Source: Candidatus Latescibacterota bacterium | GTDB lineage: Bacteria; Latescibacterota; UBA2968 | Length of the DNA stretch: 64,000 nucleotides | Assembly: GCA_965222605.1 (NCBI GenBank) | Contig: OZ244960.1 | Location: forward strand, 256,001-320,000 | Direction of reading: 5' to 3' | Shown: one piece after another, positions 30,123 through 43,298 of the stretch | Numbering within the stretch: the stretch's first letter is position 1 | Layout of the letters: every line of letters starts with the position of its first letter | Program-made: the position numbers and the translations under genes | Notes under the pieces: generated by a model | What the model saw: only the letters and a program-made list of their open reading frames with translations | Database searches by the model: none | What the model was told of the DNA's origin: nothing

Positions 30123-32216
30123 TTAAGTTGCAAATACATTAACTGAAGAGAGAATGTCTTCAGCTATGCTCTGCGGCATTTCCTCAAATTTGGAAAATTC
30201 CATCGAATAAATCGCGCGGCCCTGTGTAATAGACCGCAACCTTGTTGCATAACCAAACATCTCACTTAGCGGCACAGTGGCCGAGATAACTTGTGTATCG
30301 GGGCGGTTGACTATGCCTACAATATGCCCTCGACGCGCATTTAAGTCACCCATAACATCACCCATATAATCTTCGGGCACAACGACTTCCACATCAAAAA
30401 CAGGTTCCATAAGATAAGTTTTAGCCCTTCTGGCAGCCTCTTGAAAAGCTATTGAACCTGCAATTTTGAAGGCTATTTCAGACGAATCAACATCGTGGTA
30501 AGAACCGTTAAACAGTTCAACTTTGACGTCATCTATTGGATATCCCGCCAGGACGCCACCCGTCATCGCTTCCCGAATTCCCGCACGCACGGCAGGAATA
30601 TATTCAGACGGAATTGCACCGCCTGTAATTTTGTTTTCGAAAACAAGTCCCGTACCTGGCTTACCTGGTTCCAGGTTGATAACCACATGACCGTATTGAC
30701 CGCGACCACCACTTTGTCGAACAAAGCGCCCGTGAATATTTTGAACGGCCTTGCGGATGGCCTCTTTGTAAGTGACCTGTGGTTTGCCGACATTGGCCTC
30801 AACCCTGAATTCGCGTTTGAGACGATCCACAATAATCTCCAGGTGCAATTCACCCATTCCCGAAATAATGGTCTGTCCGGTGTCTGGATCAACAGCTACG
30901 TGAAAAGTCGGGTCTTCTTCGGTCAGCTTGCTCAACGCGACGCCAAGTTGATCCTGATCAGCCTTGGTTTTTGGCTCAATTGCCACAGAAATTACGGGCT
31001 TGGCAAATTCCATTGATTCCAATATTACAGGCTCTTTTTCATCGCACAGCGTCTCTCCTGTTGCCGTGTCTTTTAGTCCAACAACCGCTGCGATATCACC
31101 CGCGGACACCGCATCGATCTCTTCCCGCTTATTTGCGTGCATTTGCAACATACGTCCGATGCGTTCGCGCTTCCCCTTGTTGGCATTGAGAACATAAGAA
31201 CCTTTATTTAACTGACCGGAATATACGCGGAAGTAAGTCAACCGCCCGACATAGGGATCTGTCATCACTTTAAAAGCCAAAGCAGCAAAAGGCACTTCGT
31301 CGGAAACTGGACGAGAAACCCCGATGTCGAAATTTTTGAGATCGTGTCCCACAATTTCAGGGACATCGTGAGGCGAGGGCAAATATGCGATAATAGCATC
31401 TAACAAGCGCTGCACGCCTTTGTTCTTAAATGCCGACCCACAAAGCACGGGCACGGCAGCACTGTTGATTACAGCTTGGCGCAAAGCAGCTTTAATCTCT
31501 TCTTCACTGATATCTTCGCCTTCGAGAAATTTTTCCATCAAAGTGTCGTCAAAATCAGAGACAGCTTCCAGCAATTGTTCGCGGCCTTCATAGGCGCGTT
31601 CTGCCAGATCGTTTGGAATACTATCTTCCGTAAACATGGTGCCTAAAGAATCATCTTCGTAGGTCACGAGTTTCATCTTGATCAAGTCAATCAAACCCGT
31701 AAACATCTCGCCAGACCCCACAGGCAACTGAACGGGAACAAAATTGGATACCAATCTTTCACGCATCATTTCTAATACGCGGTCAAAATCGGCACCTGTG
31801 CGATCCATTTTGTTGATAAATGCAATCCGAGGTACGGAATATTTGTCTGCCTGACGCCAGACAGTTTCAGATTGGGGTTCAACGCCTCCAACTGCACAAA
31901 ACAGCCCTACAGCACCATCTAAAACGCGCAACGACCGCTCGACTTCGGCGGTAAAATCAACGTGTCCCGGCGTATCGATAATATTGATGCGATGGTCATC
32001 CCAAAAACACGTTGTAGCCGCCGACGTAATGGTAATGCCGCGCTCGCGCTCTTGAGCCATCCAGTCCATGGTGGCAGCACCATCGTGCACCTCACCCATT
32101 CTGCGTAAAATACCCGTATAATAGAGAATGCGCTCAATTGTCGTGGTTTTGCCTGCGTCAATGTGCGCCATAATTCCGATATTTCGGGTGCGCTCCAGGT
32201 CGTATTTTCTCACCAT
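30123..32216 (-). CDS. fusA: Elongation factor G
   Basis: [15 protein letters not shown]; DTPGHVDF; GMGELHLE. Confidence 0.99.
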   Translation of the reverse strand: MVRKYDLERTRNIGIMAHIDAGKTTTIERILYYTGILRRMGEVHDGAATMDWMAQERERGITITSAATTCFWDDHRINIIDTPGHVDFTAEVERSLRVLDGAVGLFCAVGGVEPQSETVWRQADKYSVPRIAFINKMDRTGADFDRVLEMMRERLVSNFVPVQLPVGSGEMFTGLIDLIKMKLVTYEDDSLGTMFTEDSIPNDLAERAYEGREQLLEAVSDFDDTLMEKFLEGEDISEEEIKAALRQAVINSAAVPVLCGSAFKNKGVQRLLDAIIAYLPSPHDVPEIVGHDLKNFDIGVSRPVSDEVPFAALAFKVMTDPYVGRLTYFRVYSGQLNKGSYVLNANKGKRERIGRMLQMHANKREEIDAVSAGDIAAVVGLKDTATGETLCDEKEPVILESMEFAKPVISVAIEPKTKADQDQLGVALSKLTEEDPTFHVAVDPDTGQTIISGMGELHLEIIVDRLKREFRVEANVGKPQVTYKEAIRKAVQNIHGRFVRQSGGRGQYGHVVINLEPGKPGTGLVFENKITGGAIPSEYIPAVRAGIREAMTGGVLAGYPIDDVKVELFNGSYHDVDSSEIAFKIAGSIAFQEAARRAKTYLMEPVFDVEVVVPEDYMGDVMGDLNARRGHIVGIVNRPDTQVISATVPLSEMFGYATRLRSITQGRAIYSMEFSKFEEMPQSIAEDILSSVNVFAT

Positions 32217-32225
32217 CTTATTCAC

Positions 32226-32693
32226 TTACCAACGATAATGTGCAAATGCGCGATTGGCTTCTGCCATGCGGTGCGTTTCTTCACGTCGCTGCATTGCACG
32301 TCCTTGCCCGTTTGATGCATCCATAAATTCACCGGCCAAACGCTGAGCCATCGTCTTTTCGCTTCGTTCTCTGGCAAATAAAATCAACCAGCGAATAGAC
32401 AACGCAAGGCGTTCATCGGGACGGACTTCTTCGGGCACCTGGTAAGTCGCACCACCAACGCGGCGCGACCTCACCTTGACAACCGGTTTGACATTGTCAA
32501 GTGCCTTTTCAAAAATCTCTAAACCGGAATTCTCACTTCGCTCTTCAACCAGATCAAGTGCCTCGTAAAAAATTCGTTCACCCACACTCTTTTTGCCCTT
32601 GCGAAACAAGCAGTTGACAAAACGCGTCACCAACAGACTGCTGTATTTGGGATCTGGAGCCAAGTGTCGTTTTTCCGCTCGCCGTTTTCGCAT
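32226..32693 (-). CDS. rpsG: 30S ribosomal protein S7
   Basis: [12 protein letters not shown]; [15 protein letters not shown]. Confidence 0.98.
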   Translation of the reverse strand: MRKRRAEKRHLAPDPKYSSLLVTRFVNCLFRKGKKSVGERIFYEALDLVEERSENSGLEIFEKALDNVKPVVKVRSRRVGGATYQVPEEVRPDERLALSIRWLILFARERSEKTMAQRLAGEFMDASNGQGRAMQRREETHRMAEANRAFAHYRW

Positions 32694-32780
32694 ATCGGGA
32701 TATACCCTCTTTTTACAATAAGGGGGATACACCACCAAGGTGGTATCCCCCCCTGTTTATCGAATAATAGGCACTTGAGA

Positions 32781-33152
32781 TTAACCCGCTTTTTTGGTGC
32801 CGTATTTGGAACGACCCTGTTTGCGGTCTTCCACGCCAGTTGTGTCGAGTACGCCCCGAAGAATATGATACCGAACCGAAGGAAGATCCTTGACGCGACC
32901 GCCTCGGATGAGTACCACAGAGTGCTCCATGAGATTGTGTCCTTCACCCGGAATATAGGCTGTTACTTCAAGACCATTAGTCAACCTGACACGCGCTACT
33001 TTGCGCAGAGCTGAATTGGGCTTTTTGGGCGTTGTGGTATAAACGCGTGTACAAACACCACGTTTTTGAGGACAGGCTCTCAGAGCAGGTGCAGAAGAGC
33101 GTTTGCGCTTGGCTTTTCGCCCCTTCCGAACCAGCTGATTAATTGTGGGCAA
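32781..33152 (-). CDS. rpsL: 30S ribosomal protein S12
   Basis: PTINQLVR (TTG start); [11 protein letters not shown]; GGRVKDLP. Confidence 0.98.
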   Translation of the reverse strand: MPTINQLVRKGRKAKRKRSSAPALRACPQKRGVCTRVYTTTPKKPNSALRKVARVRLTNGLEVTAYIPGEGHNLMEHSVVLIRGGRVKDLPSVRYHILRGVLDTTGVEDRKQGRSKYGTKKAG

Positions 33153-33182
33153 CTCAAACTCCTTATTCATTGGGAGACTTAT

Positions 33183-33211
33183 AATATACCAGGTGCAATG
33201 ATAGCTGTCAA
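33183..33211 (-). promoter_or_regulatory. Internal promoter for the str operon, -35 overlapping the rpoC stop
   Basis: TTGACA-17 bp-TATATT on the minus strand. Confidence 0.6.
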
Positions 33212-36200
33212 GCATTAATTGGAGGTAGTCCAATGCTTTCTGTGCTCTCTTCTGCGAGGGCTTCAAAAACCTGCGATTCTTCCATCACATCTGTATCCAA
33301 ATCGCGGTATTTCAAAGCACCTGTACCGGCGGGAATAAGGTGTCCGATAATCACATTTTCCTTTAATCCCAACAGCGTGTCAACTTTGCCCTGCACTGCT
33401 GCTTCGGTAAGCACTCTTGTAGTTTCCTGAAAAGATGCTGCAGAAATGAAACTCTCGGTCAAAAGAGAGGCTCGAGTAATCCCCAACAAGACGGGATTGT
33501 GAGTTGCGGGATCGCCCCCTTCAGCGAGAATCTTGTCATTTTCATCGAGGAAGCGGAATCGGTCAACGAGTTCGTCTTCGAGAAAATTGGTATCTCCAGG
33601 ATCTGTCACCTGCACTTTCTGCAACATTTGCCGGACGATAGTTTCAATATGCTTGTCATTGATTTTAACACCCTGGAGCCGATAAACCTGCTGAATTTCG
33701 TCAACGAGATACTCCTGGACTTTTCGATCTCCCAAAATAGCCAGAATATCGTGTGGATTTACCGAGCCTTCAGACAGACGATCACCCGCGGTTACGCGAT
33801 CACCTTCCTGTACGCGCAGATGTCGTCCGTAGGGAATGGTGTATTTTTTTTCTTCGCCCTCATCAGCAGTAACCAGGACAATGCGCGAGCCTCTCACCAT
33901 ACCGCCAAAGCGCACCGAGCCGTTGATTTCTGTTACCACAGAGGCCTCTTTGGGCCGACGCGCCTCAAAAAGTTCAGCCACACGCGGCAAACCACCTGTA
34001 ATATCTCGTGTTTTGCTGCGTTCACGCGAAATTTTAGCCAGCGTATCACCAGCTGCTACCTGGTCGCCATCGTGCACTACCAGTCGCGCCCCCAGGGGAA
34101 TGATGTAATGGCCCAGTTCTTCGCCATTTTCATCAACAACCAAAATCTGCGGCGATAAGGTGCGGTCTCGGTGCTCAATCACGACTAATCCGGCAATGCT
34201 GGTGGTTTCATCGATCTCTTCGCGATATGTCACCCCTTCTACGAGATCCACAAACTGAACCCTACCAGCGTTGGGCGATACAATCACATTGTTATAAGGA
34301 TCCCATTCGTAGAGTGCCTGGTCCTCTTCCACATTTTGGCCCTCCTGCACCCGCAACACGGCTCCATGCGGCACATGGTAGTGCCCTCCCCGTACACGGC
34401 CCTGATCATCTTGCACTTCGATTTCGCCATTTCGACCGACCACAACCCACGAACCTGCATCGCGCTGGACAAACTCGAGATGCTTAAAGATAACTATTCC
34501 CGCACGCTTTGCACCAATCTCGGCCTGTTCGGCAATGCGGCTGGAAGTACCCCCAATATGAAAGGTGCGCAATGTCAATTGCGTTCCTGGTTCGCCCACA
34601 CTTTGCGCTGCGATAACACCCACGGCCTCTCCAATATCAACGGGTAGCCCGGTGGCGGGGTTGCGACCATAACAGGCTATACAGACCCCTCGTCGGGTTT
34701 CACACGTCAATACGGACCGCACAAAGACCTGATCTATACCTGCATCGGCAATTTTGTCAGCCAATTTTTCATCCAATAAAACGCCTGCTTCAACAATGCG
34801 GTCCCCCGTAATGGGATCTTCTACATCATCCTGGACCGTGCGTCCTACAATGCGGTCAGACAGCGATTCAACAACTTCTTCGCCTTCTTTCAAAGCTTCC
34901 ATCTCAATGCCCAATATCGTTCCGCAATCAGTTTCAGAAATAACCACATCTTGCGATACATCCACCATACGACGCGTCAAGTAGCCCGCTTCGGCGGTCT
35001 TCAAGGCCGTATCGGCCAGCCCCTTGCGACTGCCGTGCGTCGAAATAAAATACTCAAGCACGGTCAGACCTTCTTTGAGTGACGAAATAATAGGCGTTTC
35101 AATAATTTCGCCAATCGCTCCTGTCAATTTCTTTTGCGGTTTATTCATCAGCCCGCGCATACCGCCGAGTTGCTTGATCTGATCGTCGTTGCCTCGCGCG
35201 CCCGAGTCCTTCATAATCCAGATCGAATTGAAGCCCTCTTCGGCTTTTTCAAATGCACCAATCATGGCCTGGGCAATGTGATTAGTCGTATGCTGCCACA
35301 CATCAATCACTTTGTTGTAGCGTTCGCCCTCAGTAATAGCCCCGATCGCGTGTTGTTCAATAATTTTTTCGACTTCGACCATAGCACCGGTAATCAATTC
35401 TTCCTTTTCGGGAGGCACGACTACATCGCTCACCGCAATCGAAATACCCGACCGAGTCGCATAATCGTATCCCAATTGCTTCAAGCCATCGAGAAAATCT
35501 GTCGTAATGCGGTTGCCATACCGACTGTGAACTTCAGAAGAAACTTTGCGGATACCTTTGTCATCGATCAATTCATTGATAAAAGGCATCATTTCGGGCA
35601 TAATTTCATTAAAAATGACGCGCCCAACCGTGGTTATTAAAAGCTCACCATCAATGCGAACGCGTACGGCTTCGTGCAGGCCAATGCGTTCAAAATCATA
35701 CGCCATGCGAGCTTCACCAGTACTGCTAAAGGTTTTGAGGTTTTCTTCCTTGCCGTGAACAATTTTTGTCAGATAGTACAGACCCAGCGCTATTTCCTGG
35801 GGTTTATCAACCACCACAGGAGACCCATCGGCAGGTTTGAGCAAATTGTTTGAAGACAGCATCAACACCCGCGCTTCAATCTGGGCCTCGAAAGAAAGTG
35901 GCAGGTGCACGGCCATCTGATCGCCGTCAAAATCGGCATTAAATGCTGCACAGACCAGAGGGTGAATGCGAATGGCTTTGCCTTCTACGAGCACAGGCAA
36001 AAATGCCTGAATGCCCAGACGATGCAATGTCGGAGCGCGGTTGAGCAAAACGCAGTGATCCTGGATAATTTCTTCAAGGATATCCCATACTTCGACGCGC
36101 TCGCGTTCGACTAATTTTTTCGCACTTTTAACGGTTTGAACGAGGCCTTTTTCTTCGAGCCGCCGAATAATAAATGGCTTGAATAATTCCAGAGCCATAT

Positions 36201-37299
36201 GTTTGGGCAGCCCGCACTGATAAAGCCTCAAATGAGGATCGACCACAATCACAGAACGGCCTGAATAATCGACGCGTTTACCCAAAAGATTCTGACGGAA
36301 TCGGCCCTGTTTACCCTTGAGCAGATCGGAAAGCGACTTGAGGGATCGGTTGCCATCACCGCGAACAGCGCGAGACCGACGACCATTGTCAAACAGGGCA
36401 TCTACAGCCTCTTGAAGCATACGTTTTTCATTGCGTAAAATGACTTCGGGCGCTTTGATTTCAATCAGTTTTTTTAGCCGATTATTTCTATTGATCACGC
36501 GGCGATACAAATCATTGAGATCCGACGTTGCAAACCGCCCGCCCTCTAAGGGTACAAGAGGACGCAAGTCGGGAGGGATGACGGGAATCACATCGAGAAT
36601 CATCCAATCGGGCTGATTATCCGATTGACGGAAAGCTTCAACGACCTTGAGGCGTTTGAGCGCCTCTTGTTTGCGCTGCACCGAAGTCTCGAAACGAGCT
36701 TGCGTTCGCAGTTCAGCAGATAGATCCTCAATATCGATCGCCGCCAACAGTTTTTTGATAGCGCCAGCCCCCATATCGACCTCGAATGAATACCCTTCAT
36801 CTTCGAGATCAATCACCTCATCTTCAGTGAGCAAATCCTTGGATTTGAGATCGGGCGCATCGCCGGGATCGAGCACCACATAAGATTCGTAGTAAATGAT
36901 CCGTTCGAGATTGCGAACGGAAAGATTGAGCAAATATCCCATGCGAGATGGCAGAGACTTAAAAAACCAGATATGTGTCACTGGAACAGCCAATTCGATG
37001 TGCCCCAGACGTTCTCGTCTGACCTTCGATTGGGTCACTTCTACCCCACACCGATCGCACACCACCCCCCGGTATCGAATGCGCTTGTATTTACCGCAAT
37101 GGCACTCCCAGTCTTTGACAGGACCAAAAGTGCATTCACAAAATAATCCGTCGCGCTCGGGCTTAAAAGACCGGTAATTGATGGTTTCAGGTTTGGTAAC
37201 CTCGCCGCGTGACCACCCGCGGATGGTATCTGGCGAAGCCAGTTGAATACGAATAGAATTAAAGTCTAAGGGTTGATTGGCAAAATTGGTATTGGCCAC
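33208..37299 (-). CDS. rpoC: RNA polymerase beta' subunit
   Basis: [12 protein letters not shown] catalytic motif; N-terminal Zn ribbon. Confidence 0.99.
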   Translation of the reverse strand: MANTNFANQPLDFNSIRIQLASPDTIRGWSRGEVTKPETINYRSFKPERDGLFCECTFGPVKDWECHCGKYKRIRYRGVVCDRCGVEVTQSKVRRERLGHIELAVPVTHIWFFKSLPSRMGYLLNLSVRNLERIIYYESYVVLDPGDAPDLKSKDLLTEDEVIDLEDEGYSFEVDMGAGAIKKLLAAIDIEDLSAELRTQARFETSVQRKQEALKRLKVVEAFRQSDNQPDWMILDVIPVIPPDLRPLVPLEGGRFATSDLNDLYRRVINRNNRLKKLIEIKAPEVILRNEKRMLQEAVDALFDNGRRSRAVRGDGNRSLKSLSDLLKGKQGRFRQNLLGKRVDYSGRSVIVVDPHLRLYQCGLPKHMALELFKPFIIRRLEEKGLVQTVKSAKKLVERERVEVWDILEEIIQDHCVLLNRAPTLHRLGIQAFLPVLVEGKAIRIHPLVCAAFNADFDGDQMAVHLPLSFEAQIEARVLMLSSNNLLKPADGSPVVVDKPQEIALGLYYLTKIVHGKEENLKTFSSTGEARMAYDFERIGLHEAVRVRIDGELLITTVGRVIFNEIMPEMMPFINELIDDKGIRKVSSEVHSRYGNRITTDFLDGLKQLGYDYATRSGISIAVSDVVVPPEKEELITGAMVEVEKIIEQHAIGAITEGERYNKVIDVWQHTTNHIAQAMIGAFEKAEEGFNSIWIMKDSGARGNDDQIKQLGGMRGLMNKPQKKLTGAIGEIIETPIISSLKEGLTVLEYFISTHGSRKGLADTALKTAEAGYLTRRMVDVSQDVVISETDCGTILGIEMEALKEGEEVVESLSDRIVGRTVQDDVEDPITGDRIVEAGVLLDEKLADKIADAGIDQVFVRSVLTCETRRGVCIACYGRNPATGLPVDIGEAVGVIAAQSVGEPGTQLTLRTFHIGGTSSRIAEQAEIGAKRAGIVIFKHLEFVQRDAGSWVVVGRNGEIEVQDDQGRVRGGHYHVPHGAVLRVQEGQNVEEDQALYEWDPYNNVIVSPNAGRVQFVDLVEGVTYREEIDETTSIAGLVVIEHRDRTLSPQILVVDENGEELGHYIIPLGARLVVHDGDQVAAGDTLAKISRERSKTRDITGGLPRVAELFEARRPKEASVVTEINGSVRFGGMVRGSRIVLVTADEGEEKKYTIPYGRHLRVQEGDRVTAGDRLSEGSVNPHDILAILGDRKVQEYLVDEIQQVYRLQGVKINDKHIETIVRQMLQKVQVTDPGDTNFLEDELVDRFRFLDENDKILAEGGDPATHNPVLLGITRASLLTESFISAASFQETTRVLTEAAVQGKVDTLLGLKENVIIGHLIPAGTGALKYRDLDTDVMEESQVFEALAEESTESIGLPPINA

Positions 37300-37329
37300 G
37301 AGAGAACCCCCTTTTCAAATCTTATGTCG

Positions 37330-40300
37330 TCAGTCAATTTGCGCGTTTTCGAGTACCACGTCCAAACACAGGCTTTGCAATTCTTTAACCAGAACATTAA
37401 ATGATTCTGGCACGCCGGGTTCGGGTGGGTTTTCTCCCTTCACAATGGTCTCGTAAATTTTGGATCTGCCCGCTACATCGTCGGATTTGACAGTGAGCAT
37501 TTCCTGTAACATGTGTGCAGCACCATAAGCTTCGAGTGCCCAAACTTCCATTTCTCCAAAGCGCTGTCCGCCAAACTGGGCTTTGCCACCCAAAGGTTGC
37601 TGTGTGACCAGTGAATAGGGTCCAATCGAACGCGCGTGAATCTTATCGCTGACCAGATGCGACAGTTTCAACATATAAATGATGCCGACCATCACTTCTT
37701 TATCAAATGGTTCCCCTGTTTTGCCATCGTAAAGAAGCGTTTTTCCGTTTTCGGGCAAACCAGCTTTTCGCAACATATCCTGGACATCGTCCATGCTCGC
37801 GCCATCAAACACAGGGGTCGCAAAGTGAAGGTCCAGTTTGTGGGCTGCCCAACCCAAATGGGTTTCGAGGATTTGGCCGAGATTCATGCGAGAGGGAACA
37901 CCGAGTGGATTCAAAACCAGATCAATAGGTGTACCATCGGGCAAATAGGGCATATCTTCTTCGGGCACGATAATCGAAATCACACCCTTGTTGCCGTGTC
38001 GTCCGGCCATTTTATCCCCTACCATCAGCTTTCTTTTTCGGGCGACATAGACCTTGACCAGTTGCACAATGCCCGGCGGGAGTTCATCTCCACGCGCGAT
38101 TTTTTCAAGCTCTCGCTCGCGTTCTTCTTCTGCCTGCTGCATCACGTGGGCGGCCAGTTCAATCAATCGATCCACCCTTTGGCTTGTCGCTGGACTGTCA
38201 CACCAATCCCCGTCGGGTATCACTGTGCCCAAGTCAAAATTTTCCAGTGACCTTTCATTCAACGCCGTGCCAGCTTTTACAACCACCTCGCCGTCTTCAT
38301 CGCGCAGGGTATTGACTCTGCGGTTCTTGAGAAGAGCCAGGACCTGCTGATCGCGGCTTTGTTTTAATGACTCAATCTTGGAGGAAATGCGTTTCCTGGC
38401 CGATCTGGTCTTTTCCTTGTCTTCATTTCGCGTCTTTTCGTCGCGTTCTTTGCGAGAAAAAACTTTGCGATCCATTACCACGCCATCCATTCCCGGGGGG
38501 GCTTTGAGCGATGCATCGCGTACATCGCCGGCCTTTTCGCCAAAAATCGCACGCAACAAACGCTCTTCGGGCGACAATTCAGTTTCGCCCTTTGGGGTCA
38601 CCTTCCCAACGAGAATATCGCCCTGATTGACTTCTGCCCCCACGCGAATAATGCCGTGCTCATCGAGATTGCGAACAGCCTGCTCACTCACGTTGGGAAT
38701 TTCACGCGTAATTTCTTCTGTGCCGCGTTTGGTATCGCGAACCTGGAGCTCAAACTCTTCAATACTAATTGACGTGAAAATATCCTTTTTAATGAGCCGC
38801 TCAGAGACAATAATGGCATCTTCGAAATTGTACCCATGCCACGACATAAACGCCACGAGCACATTGGCACCGAGCGCGAGATCTCCTCGATCTGTGGCAC
38901 AACCATCGGCCAATAACTGCCCCTTTTCAACTTTATCACCAACCTTTACAACTGGACGCTGGTTGATACAAAAATCTTGATTAGATCGCTTGAATTTGGT
39001 CAGGTCGTAAATGTCTTCATCAGACAGCGAAATGGTTTCAATACTGCGACTCTTTCTGCGCTTAACAACAATTTTGTTGGCACTGACATATGTCACAACA
39101 CCGGCGTTTTTCGCAATGATCACAGCTTTTGAATCAACGGCAACTTTGTGCTCGAGACCTGTTCCAACACGCGGGGCATCCGTAATTAAGAGAGGCACAC
39201 CTTGCCGCTGCATATTAGACCCCATCAACGCTCGGTTGGCCTCATCGTGCTCAAGGAAAGGAATGAGTCCGGCGGCGGCACTCACAAGCTGGACGGGTGA
39301 AACGTCCATATAGTCAATCGCTTTGGGACCGATCACGGGAAAATCGCCACGCCGCCTCGCCTGCACGACATTATTTTGAAACTCGCCCTTGTCATCAAGA
39401 GCCAGATTGGCCTGTGCAATGGTATGGCGATCTTCTTCGTCGGCAGGCAAATACACAATATCCTGTGTAACTTTGCCATCTTTGACCTTCCGATAGGGCG
39501 TCTCGAGAAAGCCAAAGGGATTGACCTTGGCATAAGTTGCCACAGACACAATCAGGCCGATATTTGGACCTTCAGGCGTTTCGATGGGACAAATGCGGCC
39601 GTAGTGCGTGTGATGTACATCGCGCACCTCAAACCCCGCCCGATCGCGCGTTAATCCTCCCGGCCCTAATGCCGACAAACGGCGTTTGTGGGTCAGTTCG
39701 TCAAGCGGATTGATTTGCTGCAAAAACTGCGACAATTGGCTGCTGCCAAAAAAGGCTTGAACCACAGTAGATACAGTCCGCGCGTTGACCAGATCATGGG
39801 GGGTAAGTTGCTCAGAATCACGCAAACTCATACGCTCTCTAATCGTGCGCGCCATGCGTGCCAAACCAATACTAAATTGCTTGGAGAGCAGCTCGCCAAC
39901 AGAGCGCACCCGCCGATTGCCCAAATGATCGATATCATCGGTAAACCCTCCCCCCATAGCCAGGCTGAGTAGATAGCCAATGACTTTAATAAAGTCATCA
40001 ATACACAGCATGGTGAAGTCAAGCGGAATATTATCGACCATATCCAAACGCTGGTTAATGCGATAGCGCCCAACAGTACCCAGATTATAACGTCTGGGAC
40101 TAAAAAAATGTCGCTCAAGCAATCCGCGAGCAGTTTCAATATTGGGTGGATCGCCTGGGCGCAGCAGGCTATAAATCCGCGAGAGTGCTTCTTCCTCATT
40201 GTCACACGGATCTTTGTCCAGCGTATTGGTAATAATCCCGCCATCGTTTTCGGGATCGATATCCATTGCGGTAATTTTGCCGATCTGATTTTCCTGAAGC

Positions 40301-41103
40301 GCAACGATATGCTCTTCCGTCAACGTGGTATATGCTTCTACTATCACTTCTCCTGTCTTTTTATTTACCACATCTTTAGTAACAACGCAATCGACGAGTT
40401 CTTCAGTAACTTTAACTGTGGCATCGCCGTGAAAAATGCCCAAAATTTCCTCGGACTTGTCAAACCCCAAAGCTCTCAATAAAGTCGTGACTGGCAATTT
40501 GCGTTTGCGGTCGATATGAACGTACATAATATCGTTGATATCGAGACTAAATTCGAGCCATGCTCCGTTGTCGGGAATAATTCTGGCGGAAAATAAACGC
40601 TTGCCATTTGGATGAATAGAATCGTCAAAAAATACGCCCGGGGACCGGTGTAATTGGCTGACGATCACGCGCTCTGAACCGTTGATGACAAATGTACCTT
40701 CATCGGTCATCAACGGCAGTTCGCCTAAGAATACCGTCTGCTCGACGATATCTTTAACGCGAAATTTGCTATTTCCCTGTTTTTCTCGAGAAATCAGACG
40801 AAGCGTTGAACGCAGAGGCACGGCATAAGTCGTACCGCGTTCGAGACATTCTTGCACATCGTATTTGGGAGTTCCAACGGAATAATCTACAAACTCTAAA
40901 GAATAGAGATTGTGGGCGTCTGTGATCGGGAAGATACCGTGGAAGACCGCCTGGAGGCCCTGTTTCTCGCGTGCTCCAGGCGGTGTATCCTTCTGTAAAA
41001 ACCAGTCATAAGAATCGAGCTGGATATCCAGCAGATTCGGCATTTCGATTGCAGACGTGAGAGTTCCATACGATTTCCGGTCAATAAATCCTCTATCTGC
41101 CAA
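37330..41103 (-). CDS. rpoB: RNA polymerase beta subunit
   Basis: [12 protein letters not shown]; [16 protein letters not shown]. Confidence 0.99.
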   Translation of the reverse strand: MADRGFIDRKSYGTLTSAIEMPNLLDIQLDSYDWFLQKDTPPGAREKQGLQAVFHGIFPITDAHNLYSLEFVDYSVGTPKYDVQECLERGTTYAVPLRSTLRLISREKQGNSKFRVKDIVEQTVFLGELPLMTDEGTFVINGSERVIVSQLHRSPGVFFDDSIHPNGKRLFSARIIPDNGAWLEFSLDINDIMYVHIDRKRKLPVTTLLRALGFDKSEEILGIFHGDATVKVTEELVDCVVTKDVVNKKTGEVIVEAYTTLTEEHIVALQENQIGKITAMDIDPENDGGIITNTLDKDPCDNEEEALSRIYSLLRPGDPPNIETARGLLERHFFSPRRYNLGTVGRYRINQRLDMVDNIPLDFTMLCIDDFIKVIGYLLSLAMGGGFTDDIDHLGNRRVRSVGELLSKQFSIGLARMARTIRERMSLRDSEQLTPHDLVNARTVSTVVQAFFGSSQLSQFLQQINPLDELTHKRRLSALGPGGLTRDRAGFEVRDVHHTHYGRICPIETPEGPNIGLIVSVATYAKVNPFGFLETPYRKVKDGKVTQDIVYLPADEEDRHTIAQANLALDDKGEFQNNVVQARRRGDFPVIGPKAIDYMDVSPVQLVSAAAGLIPFLEHDEANRALMGSNMQRQGVPLLITDAPRVGTGLEHKVAVDSKAVIIAKNAGVVTYVSANKIVVKRRKSRSIETISLSDEDIYDLTKFKRSNQDFCINQRPVVKVGDKVEKGQLLADGCATDRGDLALGANVLVAFMSWHGYNFEDAIIVSERLIKKDIFTSISIEEFELQVRDTKRGTEEITREIPNVSEQAVRNLDEHGIIRVGAEVNQGDILVGKVTPKGETELSPEERLLRAIFGEKAGDVRDASLKAPPGMDGVVMDRKVFSRKERDEKTRNEDKEKTRSARKRISSKIESLKQSRDQQVLALLKNRRVNTLRDEDGEVVVKAGTALNERSLENFDLGTVIPDGDWCDSPATSQRVDRLIELAAHVMQQAEEERERELEKIARGDELPPGIVQLVKVYVARKRKLMVGDKMAGRHGNKGVISIIVPEEDMPYLPDGTPIDLVLNPLGVPSRMNLGQILETHLGWAAHKLDLHFATPVFDGASMDDVQDMLRKAGLPENGKTLLYDGKTGEPFDKEVMVGIIYMLKLSHLVSDKIHARSIGPYSLVTQQPLGGKAQFGGQRFGEMEVWALEAYGAAHMLQEMLTVKSDDVAGRSKIYETIVKGENPPEPGVPESFNVLVKELQSLCLDVVLENAQID

Positions 41104-41175
41104 GGGCTCACGCTCCTGTGCTGGAAGGCTAACGGTCAGTTACGGATTTGTACACTGCACAAACTTACGACAACC

Positions 41176-41550
41176 CTATTTGAGTTCCACCACCGCACCG
41201 GCTTCTTCCAGTTCTGCCTTAACCTGTTCAGCTTCTTCTTTTTCTACGCCTTCTCTGACGGTATTGGGGGCCCCATCAACCAGAGCTTTGGCTTCTTTAA
41301 GGCCCAACGAGGTAATGCTGCGAACAACCTTGATCACCTGAATTTTTTTGTCTCCAGGAGAAGACAAAATCACATCAAATTCTGTCTGCTCTTCAACAGC
41401 GGGAGCAGCATCACCGCCACCGCCGCCAGGTGCTGCAACAACAGCTGCCTGTGCAGTCACGCCAAACTTTTCCTCAAGTGCTTTGACCAATTCAGCCAAC
41501 TCGAGCACCGAGAGTTTTTCAATTTCGCTAATAATGGATTCAACAGCCAT
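41176..41550 (-). CDS. rplL: 50S ribosomal protein L7/L12
   Basis: EEKFGV; EQTEFDV; [10 protein letters not shown]. Confidence 0.97.
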   Translation of the reverse strand: MAVESIISEIEKLSVLELAELVKALEEKFGVTAQAAVVAAPGGGGGDAAPAVEEQTEFDVILSSPGDKKIQVIKVVRSITSLGLKEAKALVDGAPNTVREGVEKEEAEQVKAELEEAGAVVELK

Positions 41551-41595
41551 GAACATACCTCCGTCCAGCAATGAATTGGGTGTGTGATAAGCGGT

Positions 41596-42129
41596 CTATT
41601 CGCCGCCTTCTTCCTTTTTTTTCTCAGCAACAGCTTGAAGTGTACCAACGAGTTTTTGCAAAATGCCATTCAGCGTAAAAGCAAGGCCACTTATCGGGCT
41701 TTGTATTGCAGATACCATCTGGCCCAGCAGAACATCGCGCGAAGGTATTTGAGCCAGTCTCTCGATCTGGTCTGCGACAAATATCTCGCCATCAATATAC
41801 CCGGCTTTAATCGTGGGCTTGCCATCGGTTTCTTCAGCGAATTTGGTCAGCACGCGGGCCGGTGCTATGGGGTCTTCGTCGGCGCAAACAAGCCCCGTGG
41901 GACCGAGGAATACATCGTCGAGCCCTTCGACTCCGGCTTGTTTAATAGCCAATTTAGCCAACCGATTTTTTATTACGCGGTAGGAGACCGATTCTTCGCG
42001 AAGTTGCTTTCGCAACAGGGTAATTGAAGGAACGTCTAACCCCGTAAAATCAGTTAGATACAACCCTTTGGCCCGTTTTAAGATATCTGTCAATTCTGCG
42101 ACAGTAGCCTCTTTTTGAGCAGTTGGCAT
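41596..42129 (-). CDS. rplJ: 50S ribosomal protein L10
   Basis: DFTGLDV...LRKQLR...VIKNRL; operon position. Confidence 0.96.
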   Translation of the reverse strand: MPTAQKEATVAELTDILKRAKGLYLTDFTGLDVPSITLLRKQLREESVSYRVIKNRLAKLAIKQAGVEGLDDVFLGPTGLVCADEDPIAPARVLTKFAEETDGKPTIKAGYIDGEIFVADQIERLAQIPSRDVLLGQMVSAIQSPISGLAFTLNGILQKLVGTLQAVAEKKKEEGGE

Positions 42130-42146
42130 TTCTGTACCTTTCTCAA

Positions 42147-42848
42147 TCAATTGGCCGCCAGCGCCGTGCGGTCCAGGCGAATACCCGGCCCCATAGTAGT
42201 CGATAATGTGACCGAACGCATGTATTGTCCTTTTGTAGCAGATGGACGCGCTCTGATAATTGCATCGATCAATACCTGAGCATTTTCCTGAAGGCGCTGT
42301 GCATCAAAAGACGCTTTGCCCACAGGCGTATGTACATTGGACGTTCTATCGACCCGATATTCTACGCGCCCCGCTTTGGCTTCCCGCACCGCACGCGCCG
42401 CATCGGGCGTCACTGTGCCACTCTTGGGATTGGGCATCAGGCCTCGAGGTCCAAGAATGCGTCCCAATCGTCCGACCTGTCCCATCATGTCGGGCGTGGC
42501 AACAGCCACATCGAAATCCGTCCAGCCGCCATTGATCTTTTCCACCAGGTCTTCGGCTCCTACAAAATCTGCACCCGCCGCTTCGGCAGCAGTAGCGGGC
42601 TCGCCCCTGGCAAAAACTGCAACGCTCACGGATTTGCCCAGCCCGTGTGGCAAGACGACTGTGCCGCGCACGAGTTGGTCGGCTTGCCGCGGATCAATGC
42701 CCAGCCGAAACGAGAGCTCAACCGTTTCGTCAAATTTCCGAATAGGCATTTTTTTTAAGATGTCAATAGCGTCGGCCAGACCGTAATGCGTTTGGCGGTC
42801 AAAAAGTGCAGCCGCTTGTTTATAGCGTTTGGATTGCCCTCGTGCCAT
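42147..42848 (-). CDS. rplA: 50S ribosomal protein L1
   Basis: KFDETVE; [15 protein letters not shown]; STTMGPG. Confidence 0.98.
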   Translation of the reverse strand: MARGQSKRYKQAAALFDRQTHYGLADAIDILKKMPIRKFDETVELSFRLGIDPRQADQLVRGTVVLPHGLGKSVSVAVFARGEPATAAEAAGADFVGAEDLVEKINGGWTDFDVAVATPDMMGQVGRLGRILGPRGLMPNPKSGTVTPDAARAVREAKAGRVEYRVDRTSNVHTPVGKASFDAQRLQENAQVLIDAIIRARPSATKGQYMRSVTLSTTMGPGIRLDRTALAAN

Positions 42849-42860
42849 ACATACCTCCGG

Positions 42861-43286
42861 TCAATTGTTGACGGTCAGCCCCATACTACGAGCTGTTCCC
42901 GCAATCATGCGCTTGGCAGCCTCGATGCTGGCCGCATTGAGGTCTTGAACTTTCATTTCTGCAATTTCCTGAAGTTGGGCATCGGTCACGGACCCCACTT
43001 TGTCTCGGTTGGATTCTGGCGACCCTTTGACAATCCCCGCTGCCCTCTTGAGCAATACGGCCGCAGGTGGACTCTTCAACTCAAAAGAAAAACTCCTGTC
43101 CGCGTAAACCGTGATAATTGCGGGAATTATCAAACCCTGTTTATCCTGAGTTTGTGCATTAAAAGCTTTGCAAAATTCCATAATATTGACGCCGTGCTGT
43201 CCCAAAGCTGGACCAACCGGTGGTGTGGGCGTCGCCTGCCCAGCGGGAATTTGCAACTTGATTGTTGTGAGAATTTTTCTGGCCAT
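42861..43286 (-). CDS. rplK: 50S ribosomal protein L11
   Basis: [23 protein letters not shown]; GTARSMG. Confidence 0.98.
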   Translation of the reverse strand: MARKILTTIKLQIPAGQATPTPPVGPALGQHGVNIMEFCKAFNAQTQDKQGLIIPAIITVYADRSFSFELKSPPAAVLLKRAAGIVKGSPESNRDKVGSVTDAQLQEIAEMKVQDLNAASIEAAKRMIAGTARSMGLTVNN

Positions 43287-43298
43287 TGATACCTCTTG

